A stretch of 27,752 nt of DNA from the IMG/VR virus record IMGVR_UViG_3300025099_000107, positions 1 through 27,752 of that record. One strand, given 5' to 3'. Origin of the DNA: a virus (lineage: Duplodnaviria; Caudoviricetes). Made by a program: the position numbers and the translations under genes. Below, piece after piece: positions 18,201 to 25,202 of the stretch (positions are counted from its first letter, which is position 1; each line of letters begins with the position of its first letter). The notes below the pieces were generated by a model. It saw only the letters and a list, made by a program, of their open reading frames with translations, was not told the origin of the DNA and ran no database searches.

Positions 18201-21200
18201 AAAAAATATAACCAAGATGCCATTCAAAAGTCAAGCGCAAAGGCGGTGGATGATAAAAAATCTACCAGCCGTAGCAAAAAGGTGGAGTCGCCTGTACTCG
18301 ACTCCAAACTTACCGGAAAGAGTAAAGCCAAAACCGAAAACAAAACTAAAACGAAGACCCAAGAGGAAATAGATTCTTTAAATAAAAAGATAGAAGAAGT
18401 AAAAGTTGATTCTAAAATAAACAGACCAACAAAAGCTGCTCGAATAAAAGAATTAAACGATAAAATTTCTAAACTAAAGGCTCAAGCAGAAACAGAAACA
18501 AACATTGAAGAGGAAGTAGAGTTAACTGAAAACCAAGATTTAGATAGAGACAGTAGGTTAAAGGAGCAAGAAGTAAAAGAGGCGCAAAAGGAAGAAGGTT
18601 ATACTGTGGAAAAAGAAGGCTCTAGTATTGATATTGATATAGCCGGCAAAAAACGAACAATTCCGTTGCCATTTTCTAAAACAATTAACAATGCAAAAAG
18701 AACCTTAAAAAGATTATTTCAGTCAGCTGGTAATTTACCAAAAACTTTATTTAAAGCACAAGAATCTAAAAGAGGAGAATATAATCAAATAGTAGCTAGA
18801 GCTGAAAGAAAAGCTTCTGAATATAACAGGTTGTTTGATAAACTTAGAAAACAAAAAAATTTAGATGAAAACACTTTGATTAAATTGAATGAAGATTTAG
18901 GTAAAGTTTTAAAAGGAGAGTTGAAAATACAAGATATTAATTTTAAAAATAATAAAGGAGAAACAAAAGCTATTAGTTCTAGACTTGCTAAGTTGGTTAC
19001 AGAAATGAGATCTGATATTGATGCAATGTCACAACAAATATTAGAATCTCCAAACATAGCAAAAAAAGACGCTAAAAAAACAATAAAAAGTCAAATAGGT
19101 AAATACATAACCAGGTCTTATAGGTTGTTTGAAGGTAAAGTTAAAGGTAAAAAATTTAAAGAAACTTTAAGTGAAGATGTTTTAAATGAAGCTAGAGAAT
19201 TTTTTAAAAAAGATGAAGGTTTTATAAAAGAAGTTAAAACAGAATCTAAAAAAACTAATGAAAAATTTGAAGATGCCTTAAAGAGGATGACGGAAACAAA
19301 AATTAACGACTTATTAAATCAAAAAATTTCAAATACTGATTTTTTAAATAGGTATGTGGGGGACGGTAAAAACTTGAATATATTAAAAGAGAAAAAAGAA
19401 GTTCCGCCCGCTATAAGAAAATTATACGGAGAAATAACTGATCCAGTAGCTAATTATATTAACACTATGATTAAGACAGGTACTTTACTAACTCAGGCTA
19501 ACTTTGTTCAATCTGTATATGAAAATGGTATAGGTAAATATATATTTACAAAAAATGACCCAAATAGACCAAGTGATTCTGTAGAAATAGCTTCTCCAAA
19601 TAATGAGAATTATAAACCCCTAGATGGTTTGTATACATATCCTGACATAAGAGATGGTTTATTTCCAAGAAAAGGATTTTTATTTCAAAGGCCAGAAGGT
19701 AAAGCAGGTTATCTTTATGATTTGTATTTAAAAGTAATGATGGCGTACCCTAGAGCTGCTAAAACAATTCTTTCTCCTTCTACGCAAATTATAAACTTTG
19801 TTTCAAATGTTAATTTTGCTATTGTTAATGGTCATTTACCTGTATCAATTGTTAATGGAAGAGTAAATTTTGATGCATACAAAAAAGCTGTTCAAGGAAC
19901 TTCGGCTATTATAACAAGTAAAAGTAATAAAGAAATAGCAGATAAAATAGAAACTTATAATAAATTAGGGATTATAGATCAAAGTGTTGATGTTAATGAA
20001 TTAAAAGATTTACTAAATCAAAAAGACGGGGAAAAAGATTTATTGGAAAGGTTTTCTCAAGATCCTACTTACAGATCAAGATGGACTAAAAGTAAATTTA
20101 ATCCAAAAAATTGGTACAAGTTTGCAGAAAAATCGTATAGAGTTGGTGATGATTTCTGGAAAATAATGGGTTATGAAATGGAGTCACAAAACTTAGCTAA
20201 AGTTTATTTTAATAAAGACTTTGATGCTATGGTCAAAGAAAGTAATGTGCTAAAAGAAAAAGGAAAAAATGAGGATTCTAAGAAAAGACTTAAAGATTTA
20301 AATGAAGAAATAAAGCAAATACAAGAAGAGGCTGCCGAAATGGTAAAAAACCAATATCCTAATTATTCTCGTATTCCAAAACTAGCAAGATTTTTTAAAG
20401 GTTCACCGTTTTTAGGAAACTTTATATCTTTTCAAGCAGAATCATACAGAACCGCTTACAATACAGTTGCTAATTCTTTTAACATGCTAGCAAAGGGTAA
20501 TAAATTAATTAATGATAAAACTAATGTAGATAAAGGTAAAAGACTAAGAAAAGAAGGTCTTAGAAAAATTGCTAATACAATGTCATATATTGCTTTTAGA
20601 GACGGAGCTTTCTACGCTTTAGCTACTAAAGTAGGTGGAAAAGTTTTGGGAGGGTTCTTACCTTTATTTGGGTTAGGATTTGATGATGATGAACCTGAAG
20701 AAGAAGCGCAAACTTTTGGTCAGCTAACAGCTAAAGAACTCGCGATTAGAAATTTTGTTTATAAATGGCAAAAAAATCAAAAATTAATTATAACTAAGGC
20801 TGAAGATGGTCAATTAAATTTTGTAGATGCATCTACATTTGATCCTCATCAATTATTAGAAGCTAATATTAGCGCTTTAATGCAGTCTAAAAATTTTACT
20901 GATGCTTTGAAAGGCGTTACTGTTGAACAATTAGAAACCTTTGCTGGTATAGATTTTGTTTTACAAGCTGCATTAGATGCTAAAGCTAATTATGATCGAC
21001 AAGGAAAAAATAGAAGCATTATAAAAGACGCTTTGCAGCCATTTTTTAGAAGAGCTTTTTTACCAGGAGCCATCTTACAATTAGAAGACGCATTTGGAAA
21101 AGGTATATTGTCTGGTAGAGATTTAACAAAATCTAAAATTGCAAAATTGGTAGGTTATAGGGATTATGAGATTGATGTTTCTAGGCAGTTGTACTTCAAT

Positions 21201-21566
21201 CTACAGCCTGAAAGAGAAGCTCAAATGTTGTCAGAACAAAAATATTATAATGATGTAAGAAGTTTTATAAGAAAAAATCAGATTACGGAGGAGGGAGTTG
21301 CTGATCTAATTAAGTTGTATGAAAAAACAAACCAACAAAGAAAAGAAAGTTTTCTGTATACATACGAACAAATTAGAGCCGCTTTGCTTTTAGGAGTAGA
21401 ACCTGAAAAAATAGAAAGAACACTTAGGGGAAGAAAAATTAATTTTAGTAAAAAAGAAATTAATGCTATAGTCCAAGCGGCATATATTCCTTTAAAAGAA
21501 ATGCCGAGTGAATTTAGACCTGATAAAAAGAAAAAATCTCAAACTGAAAAAGATCTAGGCTTATGA
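15222..21566 (+). CDS. Giant internal virion / ejection polyvalent protein with an ADP-ribosyltransferase-like (ART-PolyVal-like) domain, 2114 aa
   Basis: Acidic N-terminal linker and a Gly/Ala-rich membrane-tropic segment (~16340-17300). ART-like block LFHGS..FTEFD...GIFFTSDPEVA..F...GFDAVILKNIVD at ~17750-18170. Long helical C-terminal region with a P.Y..IP..RFFKGSPFLGNFISFQAE motif. Confidence 0.75.
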   Translation: MNDEILQNIWNQLTADGMTNSDFETWKSNFAGSEDIQKNVHGYLLENNHTDSDIDTWSSNVGLKKKDESDLSVLEKDLVFGTNEDEQDGSSDGSEVTDEEIPEVVPEVLETEIETETETETETETETGTENVVVTEEEKKTTDDKKQFLISQNINIDALFRQARFGNPSTGQGGDFTGTEEEFVDRYYATYLVDKGITKTQIDFDSAILKPKEDREATEGYETDVAETLLDRVKIDPTDYKAWEEETTREESKAFKWVKNLLTTDKTEAFNKEQRDFEKIASYKASVLGKLNDDINLLNTKLELAKDPTDILQLQNIKGQLEAKYIEELQQLNGLANLFPTLKKYTIDRDLERRKNIYDAAHSDDNVGEVTSEVGNVLKTIPVALGDFTMGSLAFITSGADQALSAVGFDQKGLLAGLTERFLDGQESFEQFIDPVQRSGIIDGKEVTVNGKEYIVTYDGSVLDRKSHVKMNGIISDDLIKEVQERSKKVLNSDTFFDGGGVVSSGFTTMANLIALIRGGRGLSKVLKVSPGVGMGLASYGSSMASEVESMRADLMAAGLTEKEAMDKAIIAGNAIASLDGLFSGLAGGNQKVLSNLAGFKQQVINIVKKDGAKFSKDELKRKLKDLGIEMGRETVIEELPVLFSTKAVNAAVNYSVGREVRSAEVSQAEILETVILTLGATGTLGGKTLINKNTRLDALRYVGMNINDLQGTIDQLVKNGEITAQEGQNVYQEVYDMQAAELKTKGTITNSNNMLETSDLLQQRQQLISQREGLEGPLKEDLDKKIEDVDQQINEVVNRDKKETEDKLKTEKDSIQEEITVAEAGKNEKADGFDKAPVYKTGGKPVLFHGSTKKFTEFDIEKIGSGADAGTARGIFFTSDPEVASFFSKETGSFKGNVIQSIKSLTGRSESTIYSGALNTDNIKTVDFNGQRTSPEFDKNKTIQEAFDQGFDAVILKNIVDGNNKVQDVTVVKDMSVIEEFKDTQLSGDKLIKKYNQDAIQKSSAKAVDDKKSTSRSKKVESPVLDSKLTGKSKAKTENKTKTKTQEEIDSLNKKIEEVKVDSKINRPTKAARIKELNDKISKLKAQAETETNIEEEVELTENQDLDRDSRLKEQEVKEAQKEEGYTVEKEGSSIDIDIAGKKRTIPLPFSKTINNAKRTLKRLFQSAGNLPKTLFKAQESKRGEYNQIVARAERKASEYNRLFDKLRKQKNLDENTLIKLNEDLGKVLKGELKIQDINFKNNKGETKAISSRLAKLVTEMRSDIDAMSQQILESPNIAKKDAKKTIKSQIGKYITRSYRLFEGKVKGKKFKETLSEDVLNEAREFFKKDEGFIKEVKTESKKTNEKFEDALKRMTETKINDLLNQKISNTDFLNRYVGDGKNLNILKEKKEVPPAIRKLYGEITDPVANYINTMIKTGTLLTQANFVQSVYENGIGKYIFTKNDPNRPSDSVEIASPNNENYKPLDGLYTYPDIRDGLFPRKGFLFQRPEGKAGYLYDLYLKVMMAYPRAAKTILSPSTQIINFVSNVNFAIVNGHLPVSIVNGRVNFDAYKKAVQGTSAIITSKSNKEIADKIETYNKLGIIDQSVDVNELKDLLNQKDGEKDLLERFSQDPTYRSRWTKSKFNPKNWYKFAEKSYRVGDDFWKIMGYEMESQNLAKVYFNKDFDAMVKESNVLKEKGKNEDSKKRLKDLNEEIKQIQEEAAEMVKNQYPNYSRIPKLARFFKGSPFLGNFISFQAESYRTAYNTVANSFNMLAKGNKLINDKTNVDKGKRLRKEGLRKIANTMSYIAFRDGAFYALATKVGGKVLGGFLPLFGLGFDDDEPEEEAQTFGQLTAKELAIRNFVYKWQKNQKLIITKAEDGQLNFVDASTFDPHQLLEANISALMQSKNFTDALKGVTVEQLETFAGIDFVLQAALDAKANYDRQGKNRSIIKDALQPFFRRAFLPGAILQLEDAFGKGILSGRDLTKSKIAKLVGYRDYEIDVSRQLYFNLQPEREAQMLSEQKYYNDVRSFIRKNQITEEGVADLIKLYEKTNQQRKESFLYTYEQIRAALLLGVEPEKIERTLRGRKINFSKKEINAIVQAAYIPLKEMPSEFRPDKKKKSQTEKDLGL
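15549..15608 (+). repeat. 12-bp tandem repeat encoding (ET)n
   Basis: GAGACTGAAATA, 3x GAGACTGAAACA, then a degenerate GAAACTGGAACC. Confidence 0.9.
18217..18372 (+). CDS. Nested +1-frame small basic protein, 51 aa (MPFKSQAQRRWMIKNLPAVAKRWSRLYSTPNLPERVKPKPKTKLKRRPKRK)
   Basis: Runs ATG 18217 to TAG 18372 inside the giant gene. Leader TAAATTAATTAAAAAATATAACCAAG resembles other starts in the window. Host-frame third positions become anomalously GC-rich over this span. It resembles small MPFKS.AQRRW phage peptides I recall. Confidence 0.7.
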   Translation: MPFKSQAQRRWMIKNLPAVAKRWSRLYSTPNLPERVKPKPKTKLKRRPKRK

Positions 21567-21835
21567 AACATTTCGATGAACATACTTTTATGCTACAAAG
21601 TTATTATGTAATAACCAACAAAGTGGGTTACGAACAATTACTAAATCGCGACATGAAAGTTACATTGATATTTGACCCTACTAAAGACGTTATAGATGAT
21701 TATGAAGAGGTGTTTGATGAATTAATTGAATACTTTGAAGACCTAGAAGAGTATGAGAAATGTGCAGATCTATTGCATTCTAAAAAATTAATGAGAAGAT
21801 TAGAAAAAATGAGTGAGTCTCGCCACTTGGCCTAG
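21563..21835 (+). CDS. Small acidic protein with a UVR-like (UvrB/UvrC motif-like) hairpin, 90 aa
   Basis: LIEYFEDLEEYEKCADL motif. ATGA overlap with the giant gene stop indicates translational coupling. Confidence 0.6.
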   Translation: MKHFDEHTFMLQSYYVITNKVGYEQLLNRDMKVTLIFDPTKDVIDDYEEVFDELIEYFEDLEEYEKCADLLHSKKLMRRLEKMSESRHLA

Positions 21836-22900
21836 TTCTTTATGATGTATAAAGCCCTCACAGGCCTTAGGAGCTCCTGTATAGCCCTTTCTTGCATGCC
21901 AGCTGTCAGTCCCTGAGGGAGACCTCATGTACTCTACAGTGACTCCTATGAAGTCTTTAGCGTCTCTCCATTTATATTTGACTTTATGATGTAGATGATG
22001 TAAATACCAATATCTAGTTTTAGTGTTTGCCCACATAGCCGGTTGCTCTTGAGCCATAAGCAAAGGTAAGTTATCCATCTTAGCGCCATCACCATGCTCT
22101 ATACCTATAAGTGAGGTTCCATACTGATAATATTTTCTATGCGCTACAGTTACATCAAACGTAACATCATTAGTTTTTCTGAACCAAGCTTGTAGTGTGT
22201 GAGCTAAATGAAATCCTGATTGATAATCATGATTACTCATACTATGAACTACATCAACAGGCGCAATTTGTCTGAGTATCTCTATACATTCTACATATAA
22301 AGCCAGGGCGAGCTCGTAGTGTTCCCACCACTTTCCATCTGTATCCTGATGAGTCCCTTTAGTTGTAGTAGCGTAGACATTATCTATATGTAACACATCA
22401 TTACCTATACAAAATAAAACTCTATCAATTTCAAAACCTTGTGACTTTTCAATTAAACCATACAGCCCGTCCATTACACGCTTAACTGCAATTTCGGAAT
22501 CATAATCTTCACCAGTTTCTACCGACTTAGCGTACTTACCAATGTGAATGTCAGCAGGATTGATAACAAGCAGATGAGGATCTGATTGTCTTTTTCTTTT
22601 TATAGGCTTATAATCAGGTGAATAGTTTTCTACAAACTTGTTGACCTTATCAAATATATCTTTCTCTTTTATACCTAAATTCTCTTTAGTTACAATTGAA
22701 AAACGATATTCACCACTTGCGCTTTGCCAATGCTTTACACTGATGACATCATCCTTATCTATACCTCTTTCGTTTAAGTGGTCAGTAAGGGCAGAGTTTT
22801 CATTAAGGTTATCTATCTTGTTAGCTCTCAACTCCCTTATCATATCTACTTCTTCCATAGATAATCTAAGGCGTGGGCCTTCATCTTTTCTAGACTTCAT
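21800..22900 (-). CDS. Calcineurin-like metallophosphoesterase / nuclease, 366 aa
   Basis: Motifs in canonical order: ADIHIGK, GNDVLHID, SNHD, EHGD, HHLHH. Confidence 0.85.
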   Translation of the reverse strand: MKSRKDEGPRLRLSMEEVDMIRELRANKIDNLNENSALTDHLNERGIDKDDVISVKHWQSASGEYRFSIVTKENLGIKEKDIFDKVNKFVENYSPDYKPIKRKRQSDPHLLVINPADIHIGKYAKSVETGEDYDSEIAVKRVMDGLYGLIEKSQGFEIDRVLFCIGNDVLHIDNVYATTTKGTHQDTDGKWWEHYELALALYVECIEILRQIAPVDVVHSMSNHDYQSGFHLAHTLQAWFRKTNDVTFDVTVAHRKYYQYGTSLIGIEHGDGAKMDNLPLLMAQEQPAMWANTKTRYWYLHHLHHKVKYKWRDAKDFIGVTVEYMRSPSGTDSWHARKGYTGAPKACEGFIHHKELGQVARLTHFF

Positions 22901-23084
22901 CTGATAAAGAGTGAATTAACTCTGTCATTATTTGACAGATGTTCTGGGCTTTGATCTTTGCTTGATTGTGATCGCGTTCCATAAGGTCTTCATAGAGTTC
23001 AGTTACGAGGTCGTGAGAGTTGTTAGTCACATAATTAATGTGCTTGATTGCATTCACATCATCAACTGAAATCTTATGAGCCAT
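22890..23084 (-). CDS. Hypothetical protein, 64 aa
   Basis: Helical small ORF that overlaps the phosphoesterase start and fits the tightly packed minus-strand operon. Confidence 0.65.
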   Translation of the reverse strand: MAHKISVDDVNAIKHINYVTNNSHDLVTELYEDLMERDHNQAKIKAQNICQIMTELIHSLSDEV

Positions 23085-23087
23085 TGG

Positions 23088-23210
23088 CTATATCTTCTTT
23101 TTTATTGTAATATAACCTTTTTCTTTGAGAAGTTTCTTCGCATCAACAACTTTTTTTTCTTCAAGTCTAAAATGTTCAAAAATTTCGTTTTCAATTACAC
23201 CTTGTGCCAT
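23088..23210 (-). CDS. Small hypothetical protein, 40 aa, absent from the ORF track (MAQGVIENEIFEHFRLEEKKVVDAKKLLKEKGYITIKKKI)
   Basis: ATG at 23210 with A-rich leader (TAAATAAAAAACT) and TAG at 23088-23090. It fills the gap between two minus-strand genes, leaving spacers of 10 and 3 nt. Confidence 0.7.
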   Translation of the reverse strand: MAQGVIENEIFEHFRLEEKKVVDAKKLLKEKGYITIKKKI

Positions 23211-23220
23211 AGTTTTTTAT

Positions 23221-23454
23221 TTAATTATCCATTGATTGTAAAAACAATTTACCTAACCTCGGGTTTACTTTACTTATGGTTTTGTAAATGTTTTTAGATT
23301 TAATTTTAGTTTGTTTGATTTCCTTTGGAGTAGACTCCAAACCTAGTTGAGTGTACATGTCTGAATCAATAGAAAGCAATGCATCAACTATCTTCCTGCG
23401 AGACCAGGATTTGTATTTACTTATCTTTTCAATGTCCTTATAATCATATTGCAT
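23221..23454 (-). CDS. Hypothetical protein, 77 aa
   Basis: Basic helical ORF in the minus-strand operon, preceded by a promoter-like box. Confidence 0.65.
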   Translation of the reverse strand: MQYDYKDIEKISKYKSWSRRKIVDALLSIDSDMYTQLGLESTPKEIKQTKIKSKNIYKTISKVNPRLGKLFLQSMDN

Positions 23455-23459
23455 GATTA

Positions 23460-23467
23460 TAAAGATA
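23460..23467 (-). promoter_or_regulatory. Possible -7 promoter element variant (TATCTTTA)
   Basis: Minus strand reads AATTTAGTATCTTTAtaatcATG, sharing 14 nt with the 11804 site. Confidence 0.4.
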
Positions 23468-23734
23468 CTAAATTTTATTTAAATGTTTATTATTTAAATA
23501 ATTAAGTACAGAAATGTCAGGATTTTTAATCAATTTAAGATCATAAATAAACAAATCTATCCTACTTATTTCTTTTTGAATGTCTAATATTTCGTTAGCG
23601 TTTAAACGGACTCTACCCCATGTTTTTTTAGTTGTTCCGTAAGCACAACTGTGAATTAAAAACTGAACAAGGTTCTTTTTGTAATTATTAAAATACTCTA
23701 CAGCCTCTTCTAACTCTTGTTTTTTATTTTCCAT
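23468..23734 (-). CDS. Hypothetical protein, ~88 aa (start at MENKKQ preferred)
   Basis: ATG at 23734 gives an 11-nt overlap with the nuclease stop, more plausible than the 35-nt overlap from 23758. Confidence 0.5.
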   Translation of the reverse strand: MENKKQELEEAVEYFNNYKKNLVQFLIHSCAYGTTKKTWGRVRLNANEILDIQKEISRIDLFIYDLKLIKNPDISVLNYLNNKHLNKI

Positions 23735-23966
23735 TATATATTTCTGTTTTAAACCCATAACTTTCTAATTCTTTTAATCTATATTCTTGTAGCTTAGAAA
23801 CTTTACCCGTTGGTTTTTTAATTTCTGAAAATAAAACATTGCAGTTTTTTGGAAAAGCAACAAGATCCGGGATCCCATTCTTATTTGTTTTAATTAACTT
23901 AATAACATAGTAGCCCTCAGCCTCTAACTCTTTTATTCTTTTGGTTTGTATTTGTTGTTCTGTCAT
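23724..23966 (-). CDS. VRR-NUC / PD-(D/E)XK Holliday-junction-resolvase-like nuclease, 80 aa
   Basis: E..IQ...GIPDL......FSEIKKPTGKVSKLQ motif, adjacent to an SF2 helicase as is usual in phages. Confidence 0.85.
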   Translation of the reverse strand: MTEQQIQTKRIKELEAEGYYVIKLIKTNKNGIPDLVAFPKNCNVLFSEIKKPTGKVSKLQEYRLKELESYGFKTEIYNGK

Positions 23967-25201
23967 TATCTAAGTGTAAGTAAATCTCTTTTAAAATGAT
24001 TCAAAGTATAGTCTTTTTTCTTAATGACTGTTTTATATATTTGATGCTCAATACCATTCTCAGCAAACACCCAATATATTTTATTATATTTTCTATCTTT
24101 AGTAGTCATCCTATCCCTTGACTGCCAGTAACTTGTCGCACTGAAATCAATATTGTAATACACTAAAGCTTCAGCTTCTTTTAAACTTATACCTTCTCTA
24201 CCTGAAACAATCTGTAATGCTATTGACTTATCTGTTTCTTTAAACTCTTTTAGATCCGTAGTAATCTTATCTTTATATATGTCTGTTATTGCTTCTAATT
24301 CTTTTTTGAACTTATAGAATATTGCAATTTTTTTACCACTAAAAAATGCATCTATAAATTTTGCCTTTGCCCAATCAGTCACACCTGATCTACCACTTTC
24401 AAACTTAACAGTTCCTGAATATAGCTGATGGATTTTAGACATAAGCTTTACAGCTGTGTCAGCTAACACAACTTCTATTTGTCCTTGCAGAACTCTTTCT
24501 TTTTTTAACTTCTTTACCATGTTGTGAGTAGACTCATGCATAGCAACTGTGAGTATTTCTTCAGTAATTTCAGTTTTGAAGCCCGCTTCTTTTTGTGTGA
24601 ACGACACCATGTAGGGTTTCATTTCATGAAGGATAGACTCTTTGCCATCACTATAATCATTAATACTTGTAGGCCCTATCTTTTTTTGCGTAATATTTAC
24701 ATATTGATGAGCGAACTTGTAAAAGTTTTTATACTGTTTAAACGGGTTTGTTTCAATAGCATACACCTGATGATACATTTGAGAATAAGATTCAGGAGTT
24801 GGAGTTCCTGACAACAAAATAACATAAGGGTTGTTGTTTAAGTTTATTATAGACTTGACAAGCTTTGCCCTCCTACTAGGTTTTGGATAAGCACCCATGC
24901 CATGAGCTTCATCACAAATTATAACATCGTAAGGACAACATTCTATTTTATGTAAAGATTCGTAATTGATAATTGTAATATCAAAATCAGGATTTAAAAG
25001 ATTGTAATCATCCTGAATACTGGATATTGCTTTTTTCTTTGTAATAAACAATACGTTAGAAACAGCAAGAGTCTTACTTATACTCAAACTCGTAAGTGTC
25101 TTGCCAGTTCTAACTTCCATAGCAAGATAAACAAATTTGTGTTCTTTTAAAACATTTACACTCAATCTAACAATTTCTTTTTGATAATCTCTTAGTTCCA
25201 T
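23966..25201 (-). CDS. Superfamily 2 (SNF2-like) phage helicase, 411 aa
   Basis: LRDYQ Q-motif, Walker A MEVRTGKT, DEAH, LSGTP, SGREGISL, QSRDR. Confidence 0.9.
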   Translation of the reverse strand: MELRDYQKEIVRLSVNVLKEHKFVYLAMEVRTGKTLTSLSISKTLAVSNVLFITKKKAISSIQDDYNLLNPDFDITIINYESLHKIECCPYDVIICDEAHGMGAYPKPSRRAKLVKSIINLNNNPYVILLSGTPTPESYSQMYHQVYAIETNPFKQYKNFYKFAHQYVNITQKKIGPTSINDYSDGKESILHEMKPYMVSFTQKEAGFKTEITEEILTVAMHESTHNMVKKLKKERVLQGQIEVVLADTAVKLMSKIHQLYSGTVKFESGRSGVTDWAKAKFIDAFFSGKKIAIFYKFKKELEAITDIYKDKITTDLKEFKETDKSIALQIVSGREGISLKEAEALVYYNIDFSATSYWQSRDRMTTKDRKYNKIYWVFAENGIEHQIYKTVIKKKDYTLNHFKRDLLTLR

Positions 25202-25202
25202 A

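Noticed and set aside
836-19057. Short antisense ORFs in the track (836-1033, 1403-1588, 2920-3249, 9927-10145, 11837-12028, 13798-14013, 13874-14089, 17768-17992, 18785-19057)
   Set aside because: They are shadows of long + strand genes with Ser/Phe/Leu/Ile-rich mirror composition, no motifs and no independent expression signals.
15222-21566. Virion RNA polymerase as in true Crassvirales giant proteins
   Set aside because: No DxDxD catalytic motif in a double-psi-barrel context was recognised. The architecture fits a polyvalent ejection protein instead.
22638-24811. Plus-strand ORFs 22638-22904, 23076-23297 and 24524-24811
   Set aside because: They are antisense to well-supported minus-strand genes, and the 23076 region is better explained by the 40-aa minus-strand gene.
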